The notes beneath the pieces are model-generated. The model had not been told where the DNA came from and ran no database searches. It saw only the letters and a program-made list of their open reading frames with translations. This document shows, piece after piece, positions 28,101-38,477 of a stretch of DNA of 64,000 nucleotides. This DNA comes from a virus, in the IMG/VR virus record IMGVR_UViG_3300009151_000053, positions 1 through 64,000 of that record, one strand, 5' to 3'. Numbering within the stretch: the first letter of the stretch is position 1; every line of letters starts with the position of its first letter. The translations under genes and the position numbers were made by a program.

Positions 28101-30533
28101 AGTGAGACACATACATTCACAGGTGCACCACTTTACTTTGCCGCTGATACATACGGTGTTGCTGATATCACTAACGACTTCTATATTGATAACAATCAAA
28201 CAGAAGATTATTTGGATATCTCTTATCTGTACAAGAAGCCAAAGAGACTTGCCACTTCTGTAAACGATGTTTATCTGATTAAGTACGATGCATTTACTTC
28301 AGGTACTGGTGTAAAGACTGTAAGTTCTTATAATGTAAATGATGCTGCTAATCTAGCCACATTGTCCACTGGTTCTGAAATCCACACAATGGAAATCCCA
28401 GAAGCAACAGGCATCAGTGGCAAGTATTACGACTTGAGAGATCAGTTTGACTTCCGTCCAGTATCTTCAAATACCATTCCGCTTACCTCAGAACTGAGCA
28501 ATACGTCTATTGTTAACCCAACAGAACCATCAGATGCAAATCGTTTTAGTGCTGTTGAACAAAAGTTCCCATTGCCAAACTCCGATTTGACCGCAAACAT
28601 TAGTTATTATGTTGGGCGTAATGATCGTGTTGTTCTTGATAAGAATGGTAGATTTACAACACTCAAGGGTGTTCCCGGTGCATTGAATGCATTCCCAGAC
28701 GAACCAAGAGACAGCATCACTATTCAATATCTAACTATTCCTCCATATCCATCTCTTCCTGCTTCACTTTCAGCAGAGATGGTAGATATTGTTGATACTC
28801 GTGTTGCTAATGAGAAGTATGGCAGAAGAAAAAGCAACTTTAGAGTTACAACTCCTCTGGATAAAAATCAACAGGCTCGTATTCAAATCAAGAACTATCA
28901 GATGAATGATATCGCTTCTCTTGAAAAGCGTATTAAAGATTTGGAATATTATGTTTCGTTTACTCTAGTTGAAGCAATCACAAATGCCAAGTTCATTCCT
29001 AGTTCTGCTAGCAATGCTATTGACCGCTTCAAGTTTGGTTTCTTTGTTGATCCATTTACTGATTTAAGTTTTGCTGATACAAACAGCCCAGAGTTTAAAG
29101 CCACTGTGACTGATAATACACTAGGCACTCAGAAGTTTGAACATATTTTCCAACTTGTGCCAGATTCTGGTACATCAGAATCTATCCTGACTATGCCTTA
29201 TGTTGAATACAATCTTATCTCTCAGAATGATGCTACAGATGGTATTATTGAAATTGTGGGACCAACGACAGCTAACACAACTGCTAATACGACATCTAAC
29301 ACAACTGCTAATACAACAGTCGCTAATACAGATATTACGGTTCCAGTTATATCACAAACAACAGCCGAAGTTACAGAGCAACAAAAGACATTTGCAAATG
29401 TTCCTGAAGACGGTTCTGTTTATGAAGACTTCTTCTATGTGTTTAGTTCATTGTCTGGTCCAGCCGAACTCTATGCAATCTATCGCGATAACTATATGGC
29501 GTTTGAGATTTCACAAGGAACAGCGGCTAGCGGTCCATATACAACTACGATCACTTCAGCATCTGCTCAAGCGATTGGACAAGCCGCTTATGCATCAAAG
29601 GGCATCACAGGGCTTAATGCACAATACAGCGGTGGTGTTGCAGAAAGTATCGATATCTTGAATATAAAGAGCGTCTATGCGGCTGGCATTCCTTACATTG
29701 AAGATAGTCAAAAGATTCTTTGGACACATGATCCAAGTCTTGGAATATATGTGCGTGTTCGAGTTTACAAGGGCGGTCGCCATGGTAAATCACAAGGCAA
29801 GGCTGGTTCTTATGGATTTAAGATGTTCTATCCATCTGATACAGTAACAACAAGAACGGTAACAACAACAACACCAACTAACTTCCAATATTTGGGAACA
29901 GTGTTTGATGTCAATCCAAAAACATTCACTCTGATAACAACATTTGCCAATTTCGATCTTTATTCAAATAATGCAGATGTTTATGTTGCGGATGCTCAAA
30001 GATTTGTGATTTCTGTAACAGGTCTTAAGCCATCTACATACCATCAGTTTATTTTTGATAATGTTGATAAGACTGGCAAATGTGTTCAAAAGGTAACGTC
30101 TGGTACAAACTCAGGAACAGGTCTGTTGTCAGATGCTTACGGAACGTTGACGTTTGATTTCTATTATGATGCTGGTATCACAGAAGCAACGAGCGATCTA
30201 ATGCAACAGAACAAACTTGCTGCGGCGATTGCTGGACCAAAATCGTTCACTATTCAAAGTTATGGCGATGGAAACTCTAAGGCTGCTGGTAGTATTGAAA
30301 TGAAATATTACTCTGGTCTTACGGATGCTCTTACTGGATCATATGACACGCTTAATGTAACTCAAACAACCACTGTTGGAGATACAAAAGTTAATGATTA
30401 TAACTATAATACAGGAACACTTCCAGATTATACCACAAATACAAAGACGGACACCAATGTTCAGACAGTTGATTTTGTTGGCGCTGGTAATATTTACGGG
30501 GATAGACAAGACTTTAGACTCAATAATAAGTAA
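25146..30533 (+). CDS. Large virion structural protein, DUF4815/VrlC-like
   Basis: LNVSPYYDDF, LFQPG.AVQARELNQLQSILQ.Q, APGADRLK, KRTYEESGNY and RFKFGFFVD.F. Confidence 0.8.
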   Translation: MALQTDLNVSPYYDDFDPAKSYHRILFQPGVAVQARELNQLQSILQNQIEKFGDNIFKRGTIIEGCNIVLHNNLPYIKIKDVETDGTPVNITQYNNLYVKNAANVSAFIVKTAVGYESRSPNLNTLFVKYNGTGITSNASLFAADDTLTVFDPSYPIFHMRVNDGSTGFSNSDTIAVISAIAVQNSTGGSAFAGGAFNVNDVIQNGVANATIIEANNTANASALILKIKPLAIDLQTANTVKWRFTAGETIRNATTSVSANVVSTIGAGATGSLTTDSLGKIVSIAVTNMGAGYYIQPHVTTSITSNGATTTSAITQLNITGQNYLTNITVANSAQLSIGFGYGMSVNEGTIYQKGFFSRVDPQLTIVNKYSNTGFTKSVGFYTSESIINSNQDATLLDNATGSFNYAAPGADRLKLSPVLTVLDKVDADANTDFLPIVEFADGSAYKQTKQTVYNVLGDEMAKRTYEESGNYVLDQFNLTTKDSTVFTETPSVFKIYIDPGLAYINGYRVETVSNYTANIAKGVDTVSNVETSIKVGYGNFIRVKELAGVFEFNYGAQIDLYDTAKGFLTSTPTGSIAPTGNKIGVARIRSLVHDSGEPGAPGAVYRMYLFDIVMSTGKNFADVRSVYYSGSTKGIADILLNAGGLTTVLNDSADSSLLFKTVNATKYANNITYTYRTMNQTEQANTTGYIDLNVGAGEYFPYNAGGVLNDTQERDIIVIPRSDYQAQANAAGNVSTSSASATVTGIIGTNFVASFKTGDYIKIANSTASVVKQVWQVINATSMNMYSSVGTTFAYANVVLYFPNNVPISFGRRSERTVTVAANGQQLTINLANNIANSIGSPSSANVTVLYNVTANNTSTGAKVSHRDIYTRIRAANNAATTTGPWVLGVADAFRLKKVYQANGASVAKTFNANTGVVASFVSIPNNPFANGDSLVYTTGTDGTILTGLANNTTYYAVLANSSGSKFASTRNGSALSITASSISETHTFTGAPLYFAADTYGVADITNDFYIDNNQTEDYLDISYLYKKPKRLATSVNDVYLIKYDAFTSGTGVKTVSSYNVNDAANLATLSTGSEIHTMEIPEATGISGKYYDLRDQFDFRPVSSNTIPLTSELSNTSIVNPTEPSDANRFSAVEQKFPLPNSDLTANISYYVGRNDRVVLDKNGRFTTLKGVPGALNAFPDEPRDSITIQYLTIPPYPSLPASLSAEMVDIVDTRVANEKYGRRKSNFRVTTPLDKNQQARIQIKNYQMNDIASLEKRIKDLEYYVSFTLVEAITNAKFIPSSASNAIDRFKFGFFVDPFTDLSFADTNSPEFKATVTDNTLGTQKFEHIFQLVPDSGTSESILTMPYVEYNLISQNDATDGIIEIVGPTTANTTANTTSNTTANTTVANTDITVPVISQTTAEVTEQQKTFANVPEDGSVYEDFFYVFSSLSGPAELYAIYRDNYMAFEISQGTAASGPYTTTITSASAQAIGQAAYASKGITGLNAQYSGGVAESIDILNIKSVYAAGIPYIEDSQKILWTHDPSLGIYVRVRVYKGGRHGKSQGKAGSYGFKMFYPSDTVTTRTVTTTTPTNFQYLGTVFDVNPKTFTLITTFANFDLYSNNADVYVADAQRFVISVTGLKPSTYHQFIFDNVDKTGKCVQKVTSGTNSGTGLLSDAYGTLTFDFYYDAGITEATSDLMQQNKLAAAIAGPKSFTIQSYGDGNSKAAGSIEMKYYSGLTDALTGSYDTLNVTQTTTVGDTKVNDYNYNTGTLPDYTTNTKTDTNVQTVDFVGAGNIYGDRQDFRLNNK

Positions 30534-30571
30534 TCCAACAGCATAAATAATATTTAAAACAAGAGGAATGA

Positions 30572-32662
30572 ATGTCCGCATTTTTTGACTATATCCAAAC
30601 GTTCTATGTAAATCCTGATGCAGTCAATAATGCAGAAGAGATTATGATTACGTCTGTTGAACTCTATTTTAAGGGCAAGCCTTCTCTTGCTTCCAACATT
30701 AGCAACCTTGCTGGTCCAAGTATTTCTGCTTGGATTTGTGAGGTCACTAATGATCAGCCAAGCCCAGAAAGAGTTATGAATAACTCGATCACGACTGTTC
30801 CTTATGATAGAATCAATACATCAACGAATGCAATGACCGCAACAACTGTTTCGTTCAAGGCTCCAGTTATTGTCAAGACTGGTAAATCATATGGCATCGT
30901 TGTTAAATATGATGATCCAGCATTTGAGATTTGGTACAATAAACAGAATGATGCCCTTGTAGCAACAACTGGTAAAACCATAACAGCATCACAGGGTTCT
31001 CAAGGCAGATTCATTGGTATGATGTATAAGGCTACAAGTGCAACAGATAAGACTGCTTACACAGACAGAGATTTAAAGTTTAAAGTTAATATTGCCAAGT
31101 TTACCGTCAATAACACAAACTTTTCTTTTGTAAACAAAAACTACGAGTTCTTTTCTATTGAAAGCACAAGCGGTTCATTCTTAGGTGGCGAGACTGTATA
31201 TCAAGATGTTGCAAACGCAACTGGCACAGTTACGGTATCAAGTTCGAGTTCGACTGTTACAGGTTCTGGAACAACATTCACAAATCATGCGGCAGGACAA
31301 TATATTCTTGTGGCTAATGCGACATTCAAAACTCTTGTACAGATTGCTGGTATTACAAACACAACAAGCATGACACTTGTTACAGTTCCATCATTCTCTG
31401 GAACTGGTTTCAACTATAAAGTTCCACCAATCGGTAAAGTTGATTATACAGATTATACAAACAGTTCAAATACGAAACTATTTCTCGTAGATTCAAATGC
31501 TGCTAATGCAACTTTTAAGTTTGTTACAGGCACAAGATTGATCGGTGAACGATCTGGTGCTAGTGCAAACCTCAAGTCTATGTGGGCATATTCGGCTGAT
31601 AACGTAACTCCTAAGTTGCACCTCAAGACTTCTTCACAATCAAGTTATACCATTTCTTATAAGACTGTTAATGAAACGTACAACTTGGTTGATACAACAA
31701 GTAGTCTATTAAACCTTTACAACAATGAAGCGCAAACAAACTGGGATGCCTATATTCTTTCGAGATCACAAGAAGTTGATACTGGACTCGGCTTGACGCT
31801 TTATGGCACAAATAGAAAATCAATGGTTGTGAATGTTGCTATCTCAACAACAACAACTGGAACAACAAGTTTCTCTGTTCCTTATATCAACGCAGATGAA
31901 CTTGACATCTTTGTGTATCAAAATAAAGTGTCAACAACCACAAAAGATGGCACAGGATTTGATACTGAAACGGCTAAGAATGGTCTTTCAGAAAGCAAAT
32001 ATATCTCTAAGAAGATCACGTTTGCTGAAAACAAGTTTGCCGAAGATACGCTTGTCTATCTAACTGGATATCGTCCAGCAGGAACTTCCATTCAGGTTTA
32101 TGCTAAGATTCACAACTCTTCTGATAAAGAATCGTTTGATGATAAGTCTTGGACGCCATTAGAAATTATGAATAATCTTGAAAAATATAGTGCAGACGAA
32201 AAAGATTATATTGAATATACTTATGGGCTTCCACAATATCCTGAAACTCTTACTGTTTTACCAGGAACTTTCACTGTTCAAAATCCAGCAAATGCTGTTA
32301 TTCTCACTTCGGCAGATCAATCTGGTACTGTTGGTACTGGTGATCTTGTAAGAGTTTATGATCCATTATTGCCGAATAACCATGAAGTGTTTATTGCGTT
32401 AAGTTCGAATAGCACTTCTATCACTGTCAATAAGAAAATCACAAATATCAACATCATCGGCAACATGGCTGTTGATAAGTTAAGATATAAAACCATTGCA
32501 TGGAACAATATTGCTAATGCAAATGTGGCTAGATATGTCAGCACTTCACTTGTTGAATATGATACCTACAACTCTATGCAGTTAAAGATTGTTCTTTTGG
32601 CTGATAAGACATATGTAACACCAAAAGTTGGTCAGATTCAAGTGATCGGAGTTTCTGCATAA
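30572..32662 (+). CDS. Virion structural protein resembling the C-terminal part of DUF4815-type proteins
   Basis: QTFYV, ITSVELYFK.K, DLKFK....KF, KYISK.ITF and QLKIVL; CATAAATA at 30542-30549 upstream. Confidence 0.6.
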   Translation: MSAFFDYIQTFYVNPDAVNNAEEIMITSVELYFKGKPSLASNISNLAGPSISAWICEVTNDQPSPERVMNNSITTVPYDRINTSTNAMTATTVSFKAPVIVKTGKSYGIVVKYDDPAFEIWYNKQNDALVATTGKTITASQGSQGRFIGMMYKATSATDKTAYTDRDLKFKVNIAKFTVNNTNFSFVNKNYEFFSIESTSGSFLGGETVYQDVANATGTVTVSSSSSTVTGSGTTFTNHAAGQYILVANATFKTLVQIAGITNTTSMTLVTVPSFSGTGFNYKVPPIGKVDYTDYTNSSNTKLFLVDSNAANATFKFVTGTRLIGERSGASANLKSMWAYSADNVTPKLHLKTSSQSSYTISYKTVNETYNLVDTTSSLLNLYNNEAQTNWDAYILSRSQEVDTGLGLTLYGTNRKSMVVNVAISTTTTGTTSFSVPYINADELDIFVYQNKVSTTTKDGTGFDTETAKNGLSESKYISKKITFAENKFAEDTLVYLTGYRPAGTSIQVYAKIHNSSDKESFDDKSWTPLEIMNNLEKYSADEKDYIEYTYGLPQYPETLTVLPGTFTVQNPANAVILTSADQSGTVGTGDLVRVYDPLLPNNHEVFIALSSNSTSITVNKKITNINIIGNMAVDKLRYKTIAWNNIANANVARYVSTSLVEYDTYNSMQLKIVLLADKTYVTPKVGQIQVIGVSA

Positions 32663-32889
32663 TGCTTGTGGAAACTAATGTTCCTGGTTTTAAAAAAAAT
32701 ATCGACACTGGAGTAATCATAAATACATCTGATGAAGGCTACAAACGTATATTAGCGATGCGAGCGGAAGCCAAAAAGAATGCCGAGTTGCAACAGAAAA
32801 TGCAATCATTAGAGAATGAGATAACCGAGATTAAAAATCTGCTAGTTCAATTAATAGACGGAAACCGAAATGTCAAGACAAGTATCTAA
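32662..32889 (+). CDS. Small coiled-coil hypothetical protein
   Basis: TGVIINT...Y...LENEITEIKNLL; coupled to neighbours on both sides. Confidence 0.65.
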   Translation: MLVETNVPGFKKNIDTGVIINTSDEGYKRILAMRAEAKKNAELQQKMQSLENEITEIKNLLVQLIDGNRNVKTSI

Positions 32890-35038
32890 TGTCGATATCA
32901 TTACAGACAGTTTTGAAATTTGGTTGCTAGAAACCAATGAACTTCTTAATGCGTTGTCTACAGAAATCCTTACTGCAAATGTAACCTATGCTAATACAGG
33001 AAACTCTACTGTTAGCAGAACGGCTCAACTGTGGGGTCAGTTTGGTGCAAATAATCTAGTTGTAAGCAACTGGCTCAAGGGCGGTAACGTCAACGGTCAA
33101 TATGCTAATCTGATGATCAGCACGAATACGATGGTCTCTAATAACAATGCTGCTAATCTTAACTCAATGGTTATTAACAGTTCATCATTCAGTTATATGA
33201 CACCTATTGGTGGATATTTCGGTAATACTTCTGCTAATAGTCTTATTAACTCAATTTCTATTATAACCCAATCTGGATTACAAGTCAATACAAATATTAG
33301 CCCTATTTTAATCCAGATCGCAAACACTACATCAACTGCCAACGTAACGCCAACAAGTTTCAAAACTGGTATCTTCACAGGTAATACGATAGCAATGTCA
33401 GTAGGCGCAAATGTTATTGCGAATGCGACAACATATTTTGTAAATGGTGCATATTCATATTCGTTAACAGATGCAACACAATTCACAACCTATTCAGCCA
33501 ACGCCACATCTAATGGTCAAGTTATCATTAATGTGCAAAGCAATAGCACAGGTTCTATTGAAATTGGAGGAACTGTTGGCGGTCTTATTGACTTTAAGGC
33601 TCCACTTGCTGATGATTACGATTACAGATTCTTATCAAATACTAGTGGACTCTTTATCATTGGTGGTTCTTCGACAAGCACTGCCAATATTATCTATATT
33701 AATTCTGCGAATCTTAATGTTGATAGTGGCACATTGTTTGTCGATCAAATTAATAACAGAGTAGGCGTTGGAACAACTACCCCAATACAAGCATTTGACG
33801 TTGTGGGAAATGCAGTTCTTTCTGGACAAAGCACTGCTGATCAGTATTTCAGAATTGGTGAAGCACGGTCTGGAAATGGTAACAGTTACATTGACCTTCA
33901 GGGCGATGCGACATACACAGGTGGATTGAGACTCATTCGCGCTGATACTGGCGCAAATGCCAACAGTTCAATGATCCATCGCGGTACTGGTGCTCTCACT
34001 ATTCAATCCACTGAAGCCGCTCCTATCGTAGTGCTAACCACATCACTTGAACGTGTTCGTGTTTTGGCAACTGGCGAAGTCGGTATTGGTACAGCAACTC
34101 CAACAAACAAGTTGTCTGTTGCTGGTAACTTAGGATTACAAACTTCTGGTTATATCGCTTTCTCTGCAACTGTTGCTAGTGCTACAAACTATTCATTATT
34201 TGGAAGCACAACTACAACAACGCTCAATGGTCCATCTGCGGGAACGATTACTTTTAATATTAATGATGCCGAAAAGATGCGCCTTGACACAAACGGTAAT
34301 CTTGGAATAGGCACAACTACTCCAACAAGAAGACTTTCTGTAACTGCGAATACCAATGGTAATGAAGGATTGATCGTTACCAACTCGAACACTGGTGCTT
34401 CAGCACAGACAACCATTTCAATGAACGCTCAAGGATGGACAGGGCTTCAACTTGTTCAAAATCAAGCAACAGGGCTTGTGACGCTTTATAATGGCGATAA
34501 CACCTCGATGGTGCTTTCAACGAATGCGCTAGAGCGTATGCGTATTGATGCTGGTGGCAATACAGGCATCGGTAACACCACACCCGATGCTAAGTTAGCA
34601 GTTACTGGTACAGCAAACGTTTCTGGTGCTTCTCGTTTTGCAAACACATTTGCGGTTATCGGTACATCTTCTTTTGCAAACACAATAACAATTCAAAATG
34701 AAAATGTTATTGATGTGTCATCGAACGCAAATATAGGCACATTTATTGGTCTTATTCCTATCTATAGTTTCCCTAAAGCAACTTATTCTTCTGGTAAATT
34801 TACTGTTCAAGTTAAAAATACAGGCAATACACAGATCGCAGATATGCTTATTGCACATGATAATACCACTGCTTATGTGACAGTATTTGGTACAGTGGCA
34901 TCTCCTAATGCCGCAAACGGAAGTGTGTCTCCTCTTGGAAATTTTGTTGCTAACGTAAACGGTTCAAATATTGATCTTCTAATTAATCAAACAATAGCAA
35001 GTTCGGCTGTTAAAATTATAGCAAATCTAATAAAGTAA
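32870..35038 (+). CDS. Tail fibre protein
   Basis: DSFEIW...TN N-terminus; repeated ER(M/V)R....G.(V/L)GIGT.TP...L.V fibre modules. Confidence 0.7.
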   Translation: MSRQVSNVDIITDSFEIWLLETNELLNALSTEILTANVTYANTGNSTVSRTAQLWGQFGANNLVVSNWLKGGNVNGQYANLMISTNTMVSNNNAANLNSMVINSSSFSYMTPIGGYFGNTSANSLINSISIITQSGLQVNTNISPILIQIANTTSTANVTPTSFKTGIFTGNTIAMSVGANVIANATTYFVNGAYSYSLTDATQFTTYSANATSNGQVIINVQSNSTGSIEIGGTVGGLIDFKAPLADDYDYRFLSNTSGLFIIGGSSTSTANIIYINSANLNVDSGTLFVDQINNRVGVGTTTPIQAFDVVGNAVLSGQSTADQYFRIGEARSGNGNSYIDLQGDATYTGGLRLIRADTGANANSSMIHRGTGALTIQSTEAAPIVVLTTSLERVRVLATGEVGIGTATPTNKLSVAGNLGLQTSGYIAFSATVASATNYSLFGSTTTTTLNGPSAGTITFNINDAEKMRLDTNGNLGIGTTTPTRRLSVTANTNGNEGLIVTNSNTGASAQTTISMNAQGWTGLQLVQNQATGLVTLYNGDNTSMVLSTNALERMRIDAGGNTGIGNTTPDAKLAVTGTANVSGASRFANTFAVIGTSSFANTITIQNENVIDVSSNANIGTFIGLIPIYSFPKATYSSGKFTVQVKNTGNTQIADMLIAHDNTTAYVTVFGTVASPNAANGSVSPLGNFVANVNGSNIDLLINQTIASSAVKIIANLIK

Positions 35039-35045
35039 GAGAAAC

Positions 35046-36974
35046 ATGGCAAACAATAGATTTAAAGTTGATAATGGTCTTGTTACTGGTCCTACTGGTA
35101 ATAGTGAATTTTACACAATAGCAACTTTTTATGCGAATACGGCTGTTGCTTCTGGCGCAGAGTTGCAACTTCCTAGCGGGGCGGGGCTAAGAGCGAGCGG
35201 CTCTCTAGGCACTCCTGGATATTCTCTTGTCACTGATGGGACTTCTATCTCTTGGGCACCAAATGCTGGATATACAGGCTCTCGTGGATATACAGGCTCT
35301 CTTGGATATTCAGGATCACAAGGTGTTGGGTACACTGGATCATCTGGAGCATCTGCTTCACAAGGTTATACAGGTTCACAGGGACCACAAGGTATTCAGG
35401 GCATTCAAGGTAGCCAAGGCAATCAAGGTATTCAAGGTCTCACTGGCTCGACTGGTCCTGCGGGTGCTGGCTTAACGGGATCAACTGGAGGCACAGGATT
35501 AACTGGTTCTAAAGGTGATACTGGATTAACAGGATTAACTGGCTCTCAAGGTATTCAAGGGCTTGTAGGATCAACTGGCTCTATAGGATTAACTGGTTCT
35601 ACAGGATTAACTGGTTCAACTGGCTCGGGTTTAACTGGCTCTTCTGGTGCTGCTGCAACAATTTCTGTCAATAGTACAACGACAACCGATCCTGCTGTTA
35701 CTCCTGCCGCTAGTGTTACCAATGGAGGCACGTCGAGCGCGGCTTCTCTTAATTTCAGTATACCCAGAGGATACACTGGTTCTAAAGGTGATACTGGATT
35801 ACAAGGTTTAACTGGCTCTTCTGGTGCTGCTGCAACAATTTCTGTCAATAGTACAACGACAACTGATCCTGCTGTTACTCCTGCTGCCAGCGTTACCAAC
35901 GGAGGCACGTCTTCTGCTGTTGTTCTTAATTTCAGTATACCTAGAGGATACACTGGTTCTAAGGGTGATACTGGATTAACAGGATTAACTGGACCTGCTA
36001 GTACTGTTGCTGGTCCTGCTGCAACAATTTCTGTCAATAGTACAACGACAACTGATCCTGCTGTTACTCCTGCCGCCAGCGTTACCAACGGAGGCACGTC
36101 GAGCGCGGCTTCTCTTAATTTCAGTATACCCAGAGGATACACTGGTTCTAAAGGTGATACTGGCTCTCAAGGTATTCAAGGGCTTGTAGGATCAACTGGC
36201 TCTATAGGATTAACTGGTTCTAAAGGTGATACTGGCTCTCAAGGTATTCAAGGGCTTGTAGGATCAACTGGCTCTATAGGATTAACTGGTTCTAAAGGTG
36301 ATACTGGTTCAACTGGAACTTTCACTTCTGGCGCTGCTGTAACTCTTGGAAACATCACAGGCAATGGTTTTGCAAATATAGCCGGAGAGTTTCAAGCGCC
36401 ATATATGCTATTCAATAGTACCAATAAGCATCTTATATATGATGGTGGGACTGATATTATCGCTTTCCGAATAAACTCAGGAAGCACTGGCGATGCATAT
36501 ATGAATTTAAAAGCCGTAAGCGGAGAACCAACGCTTGACGGAAGCGGGGGCGCGATAAGACTGTCTTCAGCAGGAACAACCAAATTGAGAGTTGATGCTT
36601 CTGGTGCTGCTGTAACTGGAACACTAACTGCGACTGGCGATATCACTGCATATTCATCTTCTGATAGATCACTCAAGAAGAACATTGTCTCTATCGCAAA
36701 TGCTATCGAAGGCGTTAAGGCAATCAGAGGTATTCGATATGATTGGACAGAAGAATATCTGGCGTCAAAAGGCGGCGTTGATGGTTACTTTGTTAGAGCA
36801 AATGATGTCGGTGTTATTGCTCAAGAACTTCAAGAAGTGTTGCCAGAAGCGGTTGGCGAAAGAGAAGATGGAATTCTTGCAGTTAAATATGAACGCATTG
36901 TTCCGTTGCTGATTGAAGCAATCAAAGAACAACAAATCCAAATCGATAAACTTACTAAAATGATTGAGGGTTAA
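35046..36974 (+). CDS. Collagen-like tail fibre with C-terminal intramolecular chaperone (peptidase S74-like)
   Basis: Long Gly-X-Y tract; [22 protein letters not shown] and [13 protein letters not shown]. Confidence 0.85.
   Translation: MANNRFKVDNGLVTGPTGNSEFYTIATFYANTAVASGAELQLPSGAGLRASGSLGTPGYSLVTDGTSISWAPNAGYTGSRGYTGSLGYSGSQGVGYTGSSGASASQGYTGSQGPQGIQGIQGSQGNQGIQGLTGSTGPAGAGLTGSTGGTGLTGSKGDTGLTGLTGSQGIQGLVGSTGSIGLTGSTGLTGSTGSGLTGSSGAAATISVNSTTTTDPAVTPAASVTNGGTSSAASLNFSIPRGYTGSKGDTGLQGLTGSSGAAATISVNSTTTTDPAVTPAASVTNGGTSSAVVLNFSIPRGYTGSKGDTGLTGLTGPASTVAGPAATISVNSTTTTDPAVTPAASVTNGGTSSAASLNFSIPRGYTGSKGDTGSQGIQGLVGSTGSIGLTGSKGDTGSQGIQGLVGSTGSIGLTGSKGDTGSTGTFTSGAAVTLGNITGNGFANIAGEFQAPYMLFNSTNKHLIYDGGTDIIAFRINSGSTGDAYMNLKAVSGEPTLDGSGGAIRLSSAGTTKLRVDASGAAVTGTLTATGDITAYSSSDRSLKKNIVSIANAIEGVKAIRGIRYDWTEEYLASKGGVDGYFVRANDVGVIAQELQEVLPEAVGEREDGILAVKYERIVPLLIEAIKEQQIQIDKLTKMIEG
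35652..36163 (+). repeat. Three near-identical ~145 nt direct repeats within the fibre gene
   Basis: GCTGCAACAATTTCTGTCAATAGTACAACGACAAC...GGTGATACTGG starts at 35652, 35829 and 36018. Confidence 0.9.
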
Positions 36975-36976
36975 TT

Positions 36977-37291
36977 ATGACTTACACATATCACTGGGAC
37001 ATAAAGTCTTTTCAAGTTGCACCATCTTCTGATGGTTTAACAGAAGTTATTAAACAAGTTGAGTGGGATTATCATTGTTCAGATGACAATGATTCTTCTT
37101 TATATTCTGGTTACACCAATCTTTCTGCACCAAATTCTGCTGAGTTTATTTCTTATGAAGAGTTAACAAAAGATGTTTTGATTTCATGGATAAAGAGCCA
37201 TGTAAATGAAGATGAATTGAAAGTTGTTGTGCGAGATCAACTAGAACGTGCTAAAGTTCCTGTTGTGGAAACAAGAATACCGAACTTTTAA
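36977..37291 (+). CDS. Hypothetical fibre-associated protein
   Basis: TY.W.I, V.W.Y and FISYEELT...I.W pattern often seen next to fibre genes. Confidence 0.6.
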   Translation: MTYTYHWDIKSFQVAPSSDGLTEVIKQVEWDYHCSDDNDSSLYSGYTNLSAPNSAEFISYEELTKDVLISWIKSHVNEDELKVVVRDQLERAKVPVVETRIPNF

Positions 37292-37302
37292 TAGGAAAAT
37301 AA

Positions 37303-37887
37303 ATGACTTTACAGACATCTGGCGCTATTAGTTTAGGGAACATTCAAACCGAGTTTGGCGGTTCGAATCCTATATCTATGTCTGAGTATGTAAAAGGTGG
37401 CAGTTATGTTCCGTCTACAGCCACAAACACTAATATTCCATCAACTACATCAAACATGAGTTTCAGTAAGTTTTATGGTGGTTCTGTTGTTAGTTACTTA
37501 GACACACAAACAGTTACAGTTGGCTCTCGTGTTGTTGGCGGTGGTCCAGGCGGCATAAACACTGTATATTCCGGGTTTTCTGGTTTCCTTTCTACAGGTT
37601 CTATAACGGATGGAACGAGCAATTTATACAGTGGCGCTAGTATTTTAGAGTTGAACTATAATACAAACACAGGAACAGGGAATTATATCAGTTTCTCTGT
37701 AGAAGGATTGGTTAGTAATAGTGGGTGGACAAATATTATCATTGGAGGTGTGTCATTTGCAAGAGCAGACGCAATATATACACTTAGTGGTGGATCAACT
37801 CCGCAGTATACCACTTGGAATATCGCAACATCTGCAACAAATCCTTTTGGTGGTGCAGGTTCTGTAGTAACTGTAAACTGGAACTAA
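37303..37887 (+). CDS. Putative tail fibre tip or adhesin-like protein
   Basis: MTLQTSGAISLGNIQTEFGGSNPISMSEY...SFSKFYG N-terminus; AGGA RBS. Confidence 0.55.
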   Translation: MTLQTSGAISLGNIQTEFGGSNPISMSEYVKGGSYVPSTATNTNIPSTTSNMSFSKFYGGSVVSYLDTQTVTVGSRVVGGGPGGINTVYSGFSGFLSTGSITDGTSNLYSGASILELNYNTNTGTGNYISFSVEGLVSNSGWTNIIIGGVSFARADAIYTLSGGSTPQYTTWNIATSATNPFGGAGSVVTVNWN

Positions 37888-37896
37888 GGAACACCA

Positions 37897-38229
37897 ATGT
37901 CTATCAAAGCAAATATTGTAATCGATCAAGGTGCCGACTACGAAGTCACTATTGATATCACAGACGACAATGGAGACATTGTAGTTCTAACGGGCTATAC
38001 TGGTGCTGCACAGATGCGTAAGCACTATACATCAACAACTGCTTATAACTTTGGTGTTAATATCTCACCATTAGTTGGAACTGTTACTCTATCAATGCCA
38101 GCAGCAACTTCTGCTAATATTGCATCGGGTAGATATGTTTGGGATTGTGAACTGACAAGTTCTGCTAATGTTGTCACAAGAATCGTTGAAGGCATTGTTA
38201 CAGTAACACCACAAGTAACGAGGGTATAA
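37897..38229 (+). CDS. Virion structural protein, Ig-like/BppU-like
   Basis: NIVIDQGAD, LTGYTGAAQMRKHY, GRYVWD.E and RIVEGIVTVTP.VT. Confidence 0.65.
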   Translation: MSIKANIVIDQGADYEVTIDITDDNGDIVVLTGYTGAAQMRKHYTSTTAYNFGVNISPLVGTVTLSMPAATSANIASGRYVWDCELTSSANVVTRIVEGIVTVTPQVTRV

Positions 38230-38477
38230 TGGTTCTTAATGCTAAACTGAGAACAGTAAACAACATCACAGCCAGAGTCAATACGACTAGTGGAATCATT
38301 ACTCCTGTTCCACCTATTGTAATCAGAAATCAAATCCAAGAACAAATCTTTAACAGCATTCAAGATTTACCAGATGTTGCGGAGATAAGCGTTACGGACG
38401 GCGCAACTCTAGTGTACAACGCCAATAACGATCTTTACGAAGTCAAGCAACTTGTGATTGATGGTGGCGAGTTTTAA
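38229..38477 (+). CDS. Small structural protein ending in a DGG motif
   Basis: DLPDV.....DGATLVYN and a terminal IDGGEF; TAATG coupling. Confidence 0.6.
   Translation: MVLNAKLRTVNNITARVNTTSGIITPVPPIVIRNQIQEQIFNSIQDLPDVAEISVTDGATLVYNANNDLYEVKQLVIDGGEF

Noticed and set aside
654-36685. Many short antisense or nested ORFs in the ORF track (for example 1023-1382, 6269-6772, 35555-36142)
   Set aside because: They overlap well-supported genes or the structured intergenic region and show no recognisable protein features.
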